64,000 nt of DNA from Candidatus Parcubacteria bacterium (GCA_023142215.1 JAGLJW010000022.1:3315-67314), one strand, 5' to 3'; shown: positions 40,069-48,586, counted from the stretch's first letter. The notes: generated by a model from the letters alone, not told the origin. Numbers and translations are program-made.

Positions 40069-40389
40069 CTATTCTTCTCTTACTGCAATAAATTTTCTTA
40101 AACTATCTGTCGAATAACACACTTTGCCCATAATTTTTAGCCCGTCAGAATCTAACACTATTTCATTTATAAAGCTATTGTCTTTTGAGTACATACTATC
40201 AATACTATTAATCATGTTATCTAGACGAAATTGTTCAAATAGTTTGGTGGTATTTTCGACATCTATATTAAACATTCCTAGAAATGTCCTACTAATATAG
40301 ACCTCTAACTTACCATCATCAACCAGAAACAAAAGCTTAAAACCATCTCGCCCTGGCTCAGTTATATCTTTTATAAATTCGATTTTCAT
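40069..40389 (-). CDS. Hypothetical small protein (second gene of the KAP-NTPase operon)
   Basis: 106-aa ORF lying 8 nt downstream of the KAP gene. No motif recognised. Confidence 0.5.
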   Translation of the reverse strand: MKIEFIKDITEPGRDGFKLLFLVDDGKLEVYISRTFLGMFNIDVENTTKLFEQFRLDNMINSIDSMYSKDNSFINEIVLDSDGLKIMGKVCYSTDSLRKFIAVREE

Positions 40390-40397
40390 ATTTTTAT

Positions 40398-41615
40398 TTA
40401 AAAAATATTTATATCTAAATACTGATTAGGAATCATACACATGTCACTAAAAACTAAAGGCAAAATACTATCATCATGTTTTTCAAAATAGAAAGAATTC
40501 GGTGGAGACTGTTTTTTTTTAATACTGTTTAAACCTATCATGTACAAAACACTTTTTTCCCACGCTAAATCAGTACTTAAACTAATCTTATTATTCATGT
40601 TTACAATGTAACGATCGCTTCTATCAAGTTGACCCTCATGTTTTAAAAATTCCAAAAAAGAAAAGACTAAAAACACCCTTATGTCAAATTTACTTCTTTT
40701 TTCATCATCAAAATTATTAAACGCCAAATTAGCATTCCTTATTACATGTTTTATATCTCTAATAGTTAAATGATATTTTTTAGCAACATATTGCAATATA
40801 AAATTAATATGCTTACACCAATTTGAATCTTTTTGTTGACAAAAAAATGATTCATCAAATAGTTGTTCAATAAAATTAATAAAATCAACATCATTCAAAG
40901 TCAATATTTTTGAAAAATCTAATACTTTTCTATATGAGGCACTGGCATTTTCATTAATATAATTATCTTTTGCTATTGGAATAATTGCATGAACAATTCT
41001 ACCTTCAAAATTATTTTCTGATAAAAAATATTTTAAAGTTTCCAAAAAGAAAATTCCTTTGTCACCTGACCTATCAATATCCTCAACTATAAAATATATT
41101 TTCTTATATTTTTTATCAATTTCATTTATTAAATATTTAAATATTTCTTGTACTTCGAAAACTCTTTTTGCTGGAGATTTTTTAAATATATAAACAAATT
41201 TATCGACGACATTTATTCCCTCCAAATTATCAGATATTCCAGAAAGTACATCTGTGGCTAAATCAAATATTTTTGATTTTATTTCTTTACCATCAATTTT
41301 TTTCACAATAGCTTTATGCTTTCCAAATTTTTGAGCCACTTCCAAAATAAATCCTTCCCATAACTCATTCCTTTCAGGAAATTTCCAAGCATCAAAATTA
41401 ATCCAAAGTTCATCGGCTTTTGCCTTATTTGCAATATTATCAAGCAAAGTACTTTTACCACAACCGAAATCACCTATCAATCCAAAAATGCTATTTCTAT
41501 CAACATTATCAATCTTTTCTTTAAGATCTATACGAGCAACCGAAAAATCTAACAAATCATTAACCTTGTATGTCTCTTCTAATAAATCTAAATTTTTTAT
41601 AAAACCATTCTGCAT
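40398..41615 (-). CDS. KAP-family P-loop NTPase (no transmembrane insert)
   Basis: Walker A GLIGDFGCGKSTLLDNI, then the KAP-typical INFDAWKFPERNELWEGFILEV, then Walker B IYFIVEDIDR. Confidence 0.75.
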   Translation of the reverse strand: MQNGFIKNLDLLEETYKVNDLLDFSVARIDLKEKIDNVDRNSIFGLIGDFGCGKSTLLDNIANKAKADELWINFDAWKFPERNELWEGFILEVAQKFGKHKAIVKKIDGKEIKSKIFDLATDVLSGISDNLEGINVVDKFVYIFKKSPAKRVFEVQEIFKYLINEIDKKYKKIYFIVEDIDRSGDKGIFFLETLKYFLSENNFEGRIVHAIIPIAKDNYINENASASYRKVLDFSKILTLNDVDFINFIEQLFDESFFCQQKDSNWCKHINFILQYVAKKYHLTIRDIKHVIRNANLAFNNFDDEKRSKFDIRVFLVFSFLEFLKHEGQLDRSDRYIVNMNNKISLSTDLAWEKSVLYMIGLNSIKKKQSPPNSFYFEKHDDSILPLVFSDMCMIPNQYLDINIF

Positions 41616-41628
41616 TTTTTCACTTTTA

Positions 41629-41650
41629 GTGTATTATACAAGTATAACAC
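41629..41650 (-). promoter_or_regulatory. Candidate promoter/operator of the KAP operon
   Basis: The minus strand reads GTGTTATACTTGTATAATACAC. This is a TATAAT -10 (plus-strand 41633-38) embedded in an imperfect palindrome (GTGTTATAC / GTATAA-ACAC), 17 nt upstream of the ATG at 41615. Confidence 0.35.
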
Positions 41651-41720
41651 TTGCTGATCTTGCAGAATCTCTGTAAGAACTAGGCAAATTTTTTTTGCTT
41701 AATTTTATAAACAATCAACT

Positions 41721-42176
41721 TTAATCATTTTTCTCCTCAACAATCTCCAACCTTTCAATCCCATGCTCATCCAATTCTTCCCAATACTTTTCAAGAAAGG
41801 GGTGATCTTTTTCTATTCTTTCCTTAATATCCATTTTTTCAATTTCTTTACAACTATAAGCTCTATAAAAATCACGCATAGCTAAACGACTAGCAAGTTC
41901 TTCCGAAAGAGTGTCGTTATCATAATAATCAATAAAATCCATAACATCACCCTCTTCTAATTCAAGTGAAGGATAAATTTCTTTACCATCCTCATCAACA
42001 TATTTTTCCATTCCAAATTTTTTAGCAAAAGAAAAAATATATTTTTCTAAATCTTTATATTCTTTTATTTGCTCATCTCCTTTTGCATCAGACCTCACAC
42101 CATTAACTACCCAATTGCCAATATATGACATTTTTATTAAAACTTCAAATTGTTTTTTTGTAAAATTAATTTTCAT
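41721..42176 (-). CDS. Hypothetical acidic protein
   Basis: 151-aa ORF lying 5 nt downstream of dinD. No motif recognised. Confidence 0.5.
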   Translation of the reverse strand: MKINFTKKQFEVLIKMSYIGNWVVNGVRSDAKGDEQIKEYKDLEKYIFSFAKKFGMEKYVDEDGKEIYPSLELEEGDVMDFIDYYDNDTLSEELASRLAMRDFYRAYSCKEIEKMDIKERIEKDHPFLEKYWEELDEHGIERLEIVEEKND

Positions 42177-42181
42177 ATTTT

Positions 42182-43024
42182 TTATTTCTTAATCTTCTTA
42201 TCACTCTTTAAACTTTTCTTCTCCTCACTTTTGAGTTTTCTTTCAACCTTCTTCACATCTTCATTTGGAAATAAATCTTCCGGAACAATATCACGAGAAA
42301 TTAAAGTTTTTCTTACTGTTTTATTATTTATAATATGCTCTTTTGAAATCTCACTCTCAGTCTCTATCTCTTTGTTCTTGACATTAAAAATAGTAATCTC
42401 TGTTGCAAAATCTTTTGCTTTAAGCAAAATTGTAGGCATAAAATCAGCTAAAGGTTTATTATTCTTAATATCCCATCTACCCTTCATCTGTCTAGTTGTC
42501 TTGTTAAATAAAGCCTTATCACCCTTACTACGAATAATTGCAAAATTTTCATTCCCACTAGTCTGCTCAAAAATAACTTGAGAAAGTTCTTTCTCTGTCT
42601 CTGCTAACTTATATCTTGATTGAACCCTCTCAACTTCCAACAATCTCTGCTCTATAATTTCCGCTTTTCTAGTTTGAACTGCAAAATAAGTTTGAGCAAA
42701 AGCAATTTCTTCTTTCTTACTATCTCCATTTTGTGCAATCAAATAACAGGCATATCTTGAAAGCATTAAATCATCTATATCTTTTTGTGCAGTCTTAGGC
42801 ATTTCTATCGTTTTGTTAACGTCAACAAAATGATCAGATATAGTTTGTTTAGATATCTCACATGCTACTTTAGCTTTATTTACAACTTTCAAAAAGTTTC
42901 TCCATTCTGTATAGCCCAATAAATATTGTAAATCTCTTGCTAACCAAAATTCAACACCATCATCAGTTTTATGCGCAAAAGATTCAAAGTTTCCTGTTAA
43001 TGATTGTATAAATTTTCTTTCCAT
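42182..43024 (-). CDS. dinD: DNA-damage-inducible protein D homolog
   Basis: FWLARDLQYLLGYTEWRNFLKVVNKAKVACE resembles E. coli DinD (WSARQLGKLLGYSEYRHFIPVLTRAKEACE, as I recall it). Confidence 0.7.
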   Translation of the reverse strand: MERKFIQSLTGNFESFAHKTDDGVEFWLARDLQYLLGYTEWRNFLKVVNKAKVACEISKQTISDHFVDVNKTIEMPKTAQKDIDDLMLSRYACYLIAQNGDSKKEEIAFAQTYFAVQTRKAEIIEQRLLEVERVQSRYKLAETEKELSQVIFEQTSGNENFAIIRSKGDKALFNKTTRQMKGRWDIKNNKPLADFMPTILLKAKDFATEITIFNVKNKEIETESEISKEHIINNKTVRKTLISRDIVPEDLFPNEDVKKVERKLKSEEKKSLKSDKKIKK

Positions 43025-43118
43025 TATATCTAAAATTAATTTACATTGCTTTTATTACCATTAGTATATATTAATAACTGAATAATTACAATAAAATGCG
43101 TTAATCCACCTAATAAAA

Positions 43119-43157
43119 GGATTGTCGCCCAATAATTAAGCAAGTATAAATAAATTT
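43119..43157 (-). repeat. Diverged family-B motif, copy D
   Basis: The plus strand reads GGATTGTCGCCCAATAATTAAGCAAGTATAAATAAATTT. It shares TGTCGCC.AA and ATAAAT..ATTT with copies A-C. It lies about 95 nt upstream of dinD in the same orientation. Confidence 0.3.
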
Positions 43158-43183
43158 AATTAAAAACATAAACATAATCAACT

Positions 43184-43209
43184 AAAAAACTCCCTTTCGG
43201 AAGTTTTTT
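43184..43209 (-). terminator. Intrinsic terminator after the tRNA-Ser pair
   Basis: The minus strand reads AAAAAA-CTTCC-GAAA-GGGAG-TTTTTT: a 5-bp stem with one G-U pair, a GAAA tetraloop and a U-tract. Confidence 0.55.
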
Positions 43210-43215
43210 AATATG

Positions 43216-43302
43216 CGGAGAGAGAGGGATTCGAACCCTCGAGGAGCGTTAACCCCTACATCCTTAGCAGGGATGCGCTTTCAACCACTCAGCCATCTCT
43301 CC
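43216..43302 (-). tRNA. tRNA-Ser (anticodon GCU)
   Basis: Hand-folded. Acceptor GGAGAGA/TCTCTCC, anticodon stem CATCC/GGATG with loop CTGCTAA, long variable arm, T-arm GAGGG-TTCGAAT-CCCTC. Confidence 0.9.
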
Positions 43303-43324
43303 AATGGTTAAATTTATATCAATG

Positions 43325-43411
43325 CGGAGAGAGTGGGATTCGAACCCACGGTAGGCTTACACCCACAACGGTTTTCAAGACCGTCGCCTTCAACCGCTCA
43401 GCCATCTCTCC
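43325..43411 (-). tRNA. tRNA-Ser (anticodon UGA)
   Basis: Hand-folded. Acceptor GGAGAGA/TCTCTCC, anticodon stem ACGGT/ACCGT with loop CTTGAAA, long variable arm, T-arm GTGGG-TTCGAAT-CCCAC. Confidence 0.9.
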
Positions 43412-43511
43412 GCATTGATATAAATTTTGTTTTTTAATTAACTATAAATACTATTTTAGTTCGTTAAGGTTTTTCAAAATAAAAAAGCACTTCTGAAATT
43501 ACTATGTTTTG

Positions 43512-43520
43512 TGCTATAAT
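43512..43520 (+). promoter_or_regulatory. Extended -10 element (TGCTATAAT) upstream of the 161-aa membrane protein gene
   Basis: Read directly. It lies 35 nt upstream of the ATG at 43555. The -35 is poor. Confidence 0.3.
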
Positions 43521-43554
43521 AAATATATAAAAAACTAACTAATTTGTCAACTAT

Positions 43555-44040
43555 ATGGAAAATCAAACAGACTTAAATCAAATGTCTTGGGAAATCCAAG
43601 AATACGAAACTCATAAAAAAAGTAAAAAATGGTATATTATAGCTAGTATTATTGCAATATTATCAATTATTTATGCTATTGCAGTTGATAATATACTATT
43701 TATTATAATAATTGTTTTGTCCACAATTATTATAATAATGCGAGACAAAGATAAAATAGGCAAAATATTAGTTATTATAGATCAAGATGGTATTCATGTT
43801 GGGCAAAAATCTTATAGTTTTGATGAATTTAAAACCTTTGTGGTGCTATATAAGCCAAAACAAAATATTAAAAATATATACTTAGAATATAAAAATCCTA
43901 TTAAACAACGGCTATCAATTCCTATTCTCAATATGGACCCCTTGCTAATTCGTAAATTTTTGTTAAAATATATTGACGAAGATTTAGATAGAACAAATAG
44001 ACCTCTTTCCGAAGAATTAACTGCAATATTTAAGTTGTAA
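43555..44040 (+). CDS. Hypothetical membrane protein
   Basis: 161-aa ORF with two adjacent hydrophobic helices (WYIIASIIAILSIIYAIAV and ILFIIIIVLSTIIIIM). Confidence 0.5.
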   Translation: MENQTDLNQMSWEIQEYETHKKSKKWYIIASIIAILSIIYAIAVDNILFIIIIVLSTIIIIMRDKDKIGKILVIIDQDGIHVGQKSYSFDEFKTFVVLYKPKQNIKNIYLEYKNPIKQRLSIPILNMDPLLIRKFLLKYIDEDLDRTNRPLSEELTAIFKL

Positions 44041-44098
44041 TATTCTTAAAAATTTAAATACTAAACTCAAATGTATAATTAACATTTTTAGTTTTTTA

Positions 44099-44170
44099 GT
44101 TCCCATAGTTTAATGGATAAAACACAAGATTGCGGATCTTGTAATCTAGGTTCGATTCCTAGTGGGGACA
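44099..44170 (+). tRNA. tRNA-Arg (anticodon GCG)
   Basis: Hand-folded, 72 nt. Acceptor GTTCCCA/TGGGGAC, D-stem GTTT/AAAC, anticodon stem CAAGA/TCTTG with loop TTGCGGA, T-arm CTAGG-TTCGATT-CCTAG, discriminator A. Confidence 0.8.
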
Positions 44171-44174
44171 CAAT

Positions 44175-46241
44175 ATGTATTATCTCACAACAAAAATAGA
44201 AGATATAAATAGAGTTGGTGTCACTACAGCCAAAAGATTGAAACTTCTAAATATAAAAACAATCCAAGACCTGCTTTATCACTTCCCTTTTAGGTATGAA
44301 GATTATAGTCAAATTACCGATATTAAAGATGTTCAAATTGGAACATCTGTTAATATAATCGGACAAATTGAACTTATTCAAAAAAAACGAAGCCCACACA
44401 AAAAAATGTATATTGTGGAAGCTTTAATTTTAGATAGCAATGACAACAAAATAAAAGCTATCTGGTTCAATCAACCATTTATTGTAAAAAATATAAAAAT
44501 TGGTGATACAGTTTCCTTGACTGGAAAAATTAGTCAAGATTATACTGGTCCGATACTTAAGTCACCGAATTATGAAAAAATTTATAATAAACAAACATCA
44601 CCACAAGGAATCACTCCGATTTATCACCTCACAGCAAACTTAACTCAAAAACAAATCAGTTATTTAATTAAACAAGTTATTGATACAGTAAATAGTATTG
44701 AAGATTTTTTGCCAGAAAATATTCAAAAATCACAAAATTTTCTATCTCTTCCTGAAACGATTAAAGCTATTCATAGACCAAAAGATTTTAATGAGCTAGA
44801 AAAAGCCCGTAAACGTTTAGCTTTTGATGAACTTTTTTTAACACAACTACAATCACAAATTATTAAAAAAGATTTAAAATCTAACACCAGCCACAGTATT
44901 ACTTTTTCAGAAAAAGAAACTAAAAAATTCGTTAAATCACTTCCATTCAAACTTACTGATGATCAAAAAAAATCTGCTTGGGTTATACTTAAAGATTTAG
45001 AAAAAAGTAAACCAATGTCACGTTTACTTGAAGGAGATGTTGGTAGCGGAAAAACAATCACTTCGGTAATTGCAACTTTAAATGTAGCTTTAAATGGCTA
45101 TCAGTCTGTAATTATGGTACCAACAGAGATTTTAGCAATACAACATTACGAATCAATTTCTAAAGATTTAAAAGATTTTAATATTGAAATCGGGCTTTTT
45201 ACAAGAAATAAAAAAATTTATAATCAACAATCTACAACTAAAAAGAAAATAACTGAGGCTATTAAAAATGGAGCAGTTGATATTATTATTGGAACCCATG
45301 CTCTAATTCAAGAAACAATTAATTTTAAGAACTTAGCTTTAGCAATAATTGATGAACAACATCGCTTTGGAGTTGAACAACGAAAAACTTTAATTAATAA
45401 ATCTGATAACAAGAACATAACACCTCATCTACTCTCAATGACAGCTACTCCAATTCCACGATCATTAGCTTTAGTTATTTATGGCGATCTTGATATTTCT
45501 ATCATTAAAGAAATGCCGAAAAACCGTAAACCAATTATTACAAATGCAGTAAAAGAAAACAAAAGAAAAGAAGCCTATGATTTTATTCGTAAAGAAATAA
45601 AAAATGGACAACAAGCTTTTGTAGTTTGTCCGTTGATTGATGAATCAGAAAAATTAGAAGCTAAATCAGTAAAAGAAGTTTTTGAACGACTTAAAAAAGT
45701 TTTTCCTAGTTTGAAAATTGCCATACTACACGGAAAACTTAAAGCAAAAGAAAAAGAAAAAACCATGGATGATTTTTTAAAAAATAAAATTAATATTTTA
45801 GTTTCAACTTCTGTAATTGAAGTTGGAATAGATATACCAAATTCAACAATTATGTTAATTGAAGATGCTGATCGTTTTGGATTAGCACAGCTTCATCAAT
45901 TCCGTGGCAGAGTTGGTCGTGGCAAACATCAATCATATTGTTTTCTTTTTTCAGATAATAATTCAGAAAAAGTTCGTGAAAGATTGTCTGCTTTGGAGAA
46001 ATATAACAATGGATTAGATTTGGCAAAAATTGATTTAAAACAAAGAGGACCAGGAGAAGTATATGGAATAAATCAAAAAGGTTTTCCTGAATTTAAAATG
46101 GCAAATATTTTTGACCACCTTTTAATAAAATCAGCTCAAGATGAAGCCATAAATCTTCTTAAACTCAATCCGAATCTTGAAAATTTACCAATATTAAAGA
46201 AAAGATTAGACAATTGGAACAAAAACATTCATCTTGAATAA
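44175..46241 (+). CDS. recG: ATP-dependent DNA helicase RecG
   Basis: N-terminal VGVTTAKRLKLLNIKTIQDLLYHFPFRYEDY, Walker A GDVGSGKT, DEQHRFG, and QFRGRVGRG. Confidence 0.9.
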   Translation: MYYLTTKIEDINRVGVTTAKRLKLLNIKTIQDLLYHFPFRYEDYSQITDIKDVQIGTSVNIIGQIELIQKKRSPHKKMYIVEALILDSNDNKIKAIWFNQPFIVKNIKIGDTVSLTGKISQDYTGPILKSPNYEKIYNKQTSPQGITPIYHLTANLTQKQISYLIKQVIDTVNSIEDFLPENIQKSQNFLSLPETIKAIHRPKDFNELEKARKRLAFDELFLTQLQSQIIKKDLKSNTSHSITFSEKETKKFVKSLPFKLTDDQKKSAWVILKDLEKSKPMSRLLEGDVGSGKTITSVIATLNVALNGYQSVIMVPTEILAIQHYESISKDLKDFNIEIGLFTRNKKIYNQQSTTKKKITEAIKNGAVDIIIGTHALIQETINFKNLALAIIDEQHRFGVEQRKTLINKSDNKNITPHLLSMTATPIPRSLALVIYGDLDISIIKEMPKNRKPIITNAVKENKRKEAYDFIRKEIKNGQQAFVVCPLIDESEKLEAKSVKEVFERLKKVFPSLKIAILHGKLKAKEKEKTMDDFLKNKINILVSTSVIEVGIDIPNSTIMLIEDADRFGLAQLHQFRGRVGRGKHQSYCFLFSDNNSEKVRERLSALEKYNNGLDLAKIDLKQRGPGEVYGINQKGFPEFKMANIFDHLLIKSAQDEAINLLKLNPNLENLPILKKRLDNWNKNIHLE

Positions 46242-46306
46242 GACATAATCAAAGTATCATCATGGAGCCGACAGATTTTAAAACAAAGCGAATGCTACAC
46301 CCCACT

Positions 46307-46462
46307 GTCATTCTGGAACGAAGCGAATGCGTAGTGATAGAATCTCGTTGATTACGCAACCTTGCATAATTCATAAGATCCTATCGCTCTAGCTCCAGGA
46401 TGACAATATGTATTTGTATTGCGTAATTCATAGGATCCTATCGCTCTAGCTCCAGGATGACA
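46307..46462. repeat. REP/BIME-like mosaic of the same units found inside the MITE
   Basis: 46307-46404 is an inverted, highly similar copy of 37701-37798 (GTCATTCTGGAACGAAGCGAATGCGTAGTGATAGAAT...GATCCTATCGCTCTAGCTCCAGGATGAC). A further GGATCCTATCGCTCTAGCTCCAGGATGACA unit lies at 46433-46462. It fills the convergent recG/radA spacer. Confidence 0.65.
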
Positions 46463-46471
46463 ACATTCTCA

Positions 46472-47815
46472 TTATAACAAATTTATAATATTGTCTAATT
46501 TTTTAATTTTATTCAACTTAATTTTTTTCGCGACTAAATCCATATCTGGCATAATGACTTGTTTAAAACCAAGTTTTGTAATTTCTGTTAATCTTTCTTT
46601 TATTTTTGCTACTCTTCTAACTTCACCGCCTAAACCAACTTCTCCAAAAACTACCGTATCAACACTCATACCTCTATTTAACATAGCCGAAGTAATAGCC
46701 ATACAAACTGCTAGATCTAATGCCGTATCATTTATCTTTGCACCACCGACAATATTTAATATTACATCTTGATTAATCAAATTTAACCCTACTCGTTTCG
46801 TAAGCACAGCAGTCAATACTTGCAAGCGATTTAAATCAAATCCAGAAGCTTTACGCTGAGGATAACCAAATACTGTTTTAGTTACCAAGGCCTGAACTTC
46901 AACTAAAAATGGTCTTGTGCCTTCCATGACGCAACTTGTAATTGAACCAGGTAAAATTTCATTTTTTTCTTCTAAAAATATTTGAGATGGATTTAATACT
47001 TCTTTAAATCCACTTGAAGTCATTTCAAAAATTCCCATTTCATTTACTGAACCAAAACGATTTTTTTTAGCTCTTAAATAACGATAATCGTGTGCTCTGT
47101 CGCTTTCAAGGTGAATTACAGTATCCACCATGTGTTCTAGAGTTTTTGGACCAGCAATTTGTCCGTCTTTTGTAATATGTCCAGCAAGAATTACAGAAAT
47201 ATCACCACTTTTTGCAAGCTCTAAAAATTTAGCCGTACAGGCTCTAATCTGATTAACACTTCCAATATCAGAAGGAGATTCTCCAGAATATATAGTTTGA
47301 ATTGAATCAATGATAACAAGCGACGGAGATTCTTTTTTTATTGCTGATATAATTTTTTCTGTATTAATTTCAGAAATAAAATTAATATTTTCTGTATTAC
47401 AATTGAGTCTAACCAAACGAGCTTTAACCTGTGCAGCAGATTCTTCACCGCTGATATATATAACGCCTTTTTCAGAAACAGCATCAGCAATTTGAGCTAA
47501 TATCGTTGATTTTCCTATTCCTGGTTCACCTGAAATTAAAATTAAAGAACCAGGAACAATTCCGCCACCAAAAACACGATCCACTTCTTCAATTCCTATT
47601 TTTATTCTTTTTAATTTTTGCGACTCAATATCACCTAAATTTATTACTTTAGCAGGAACAACAGAATCTAATTTCTTTTTCTCTTGTATCCTTTCATCAA
47701 TTACCTCTTCTTGCAATGTGCCCCAAGATCCACATTCTAAACAACGCCCACTCCATTTCTGGAACTGGGCATCGCATTTTGTACATATAAATAATTGTTT
47801 AACTTTTCTCTTCAT
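46472..47815 (-). CDS. radA: DNA repair/recombination protein RadA (Sms)
   Basis: Zn finger CTKCDAQF...CLECGSWG, Walker A GEPGIGKST, KNRFG motif and a Lon-protease-like C-terminal domain. Confidence 0.95.
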   Translation of the reverse strand: MKRKVKQLFICTKCDAQFQKWSGRCLECGSWGTLQEEVIDERIQEKKKLDSVVPAKVINLGDIESQKLKRIKIGIEEVDRVFGGGIVPGSLILISGEPGIGKSTILAQIADAVSEKGVIYISGEESAAQVKARLVRLNCNTENINFISEINTEKIISAIKKESPSLVIIDSIQTIYSGESPSDIGSVNQIRACTAKFLELAKSGDISVILAGHITKDGQIAGPKTLEHMVDTVIHLESDRAHDYRYLRAKKNRFGSVNEMGIFEMTSSGFKEVLNPSQIFLEEKNEILPGSITSCVMEGTRPFLVEVQALVTKTVFGYPQRKASGFDLNRLQVLTAVLTKRVGLNLINQDVILNIVGGAKINDTALDLAVCMAITSAMLNRGMSVDTVVFGEVGLGGEVRRVAKIKERLTEITKLGFKQVIMPDMDLVAKKIKLNKIKKLDNIINLL

Positions 47816-48563
47816 TCTGTTTTAATTCAATCTCAATAATTTTTTCTAAATCTTCAAAATTAATTGTTCCAAATATTTCCTGATCATTAACATAAACAAA
47901 AGGAATTCCAGTAATATCCAAAGCATTAGCCTCAAGTATATTATCTCGTATTCTTGTTCGTCCACGTTCTTCATCTAAACATTTTTCAAACTCAGATACA
48001 TCTAAATTTAATTGCTTAGCAAGCGATAAAAATATTCCCTTACTTAAACTATTATTATTTTCAAAAAGCAAGTCATGATACTCCCAAAACTTATCTTGAT
48101 CTTGAGCACATCTGCCAGCCAAACTCGCTCTATATTGTTCAGAAGTAATTTTACTATCTGGATAATCTTTCCAAATTATTCTAACATTATCTTTATATTT
48201 TTCAATAATTTTATTTAAAACTTTTTCTTGATCTCTACAATAATCACATTTAAAATCAGAAAAATAGACTATATTTACAACTGCTTCATAATTTCCAATA
48301 CTAGGATCTAAATTAGTAATAATAGGACCTCTTAACATATCTCTAAGTTGTGGATTTCTAGTTATGAAAGGATCTTGACGAAAATTTTCATTTAAATAAT
48401 AAGTACCATCTAAATTTTTCTCAACTTTTTGTACTTTATTAAAATAAATTATTTGATTTAAATTTAAAAAAACACCAGATAAAAATATAATAATAAAAGC
48501 CGAAATAGATGCAATTACAAAAATAGAGCTAGAAAATTTTTCTTTTTTAAAAAAATTATACAT
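47799..48563 (-). CDS. DsbA-family thiol:disulfide oxidoreductase, membrane-anchored, intact CDYC active site
   Basis: N-terminal TM, FSDFKCDYCRDQ (CXXC), and GIPFVYVND (cis-Pro loop region). Its last 17 nt overlap the radA start. Confidence 0.75.
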   Translation of the reverse strand: MYNFFKKEKFSSSIFVIASISAFIIIFLSGVFLNLNQIIYFNKVQKVEKNLDGTYYLNENFRQDPFITRNPQLRDMLRGPIITNLDPSIGNYEAVVNIVYFSDFKCDYCRDQEKVLNKIIEKYKDNVRIIWKDYPDSKITSEQYRASLAGRCAQDQDKFWEYHDLLFENNNSLSKGIFLSLAKQLNLDVSEFEKCLDEERGRTRIRDNILEANALDITGIPFVYVNDQEIFGTINFEDLEKIIEIELKQNEEKS

Positions 48564-48586
48564 AAAAATTATATATATTTAATAAT

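Noticed and set aside
37548-46462. The inverted ~100-bp repeat copies at 37.7 kb and 46.3 kb as boundaries of one large composite mobile element.
   Set aside because: The enclosed segment includes core genes (recG and tRNAs) and no transposase or integrase. The left copy is itself inside a MITE with its own target-site duplication. The copies are more simply explained as dispersed members of a repeat family.
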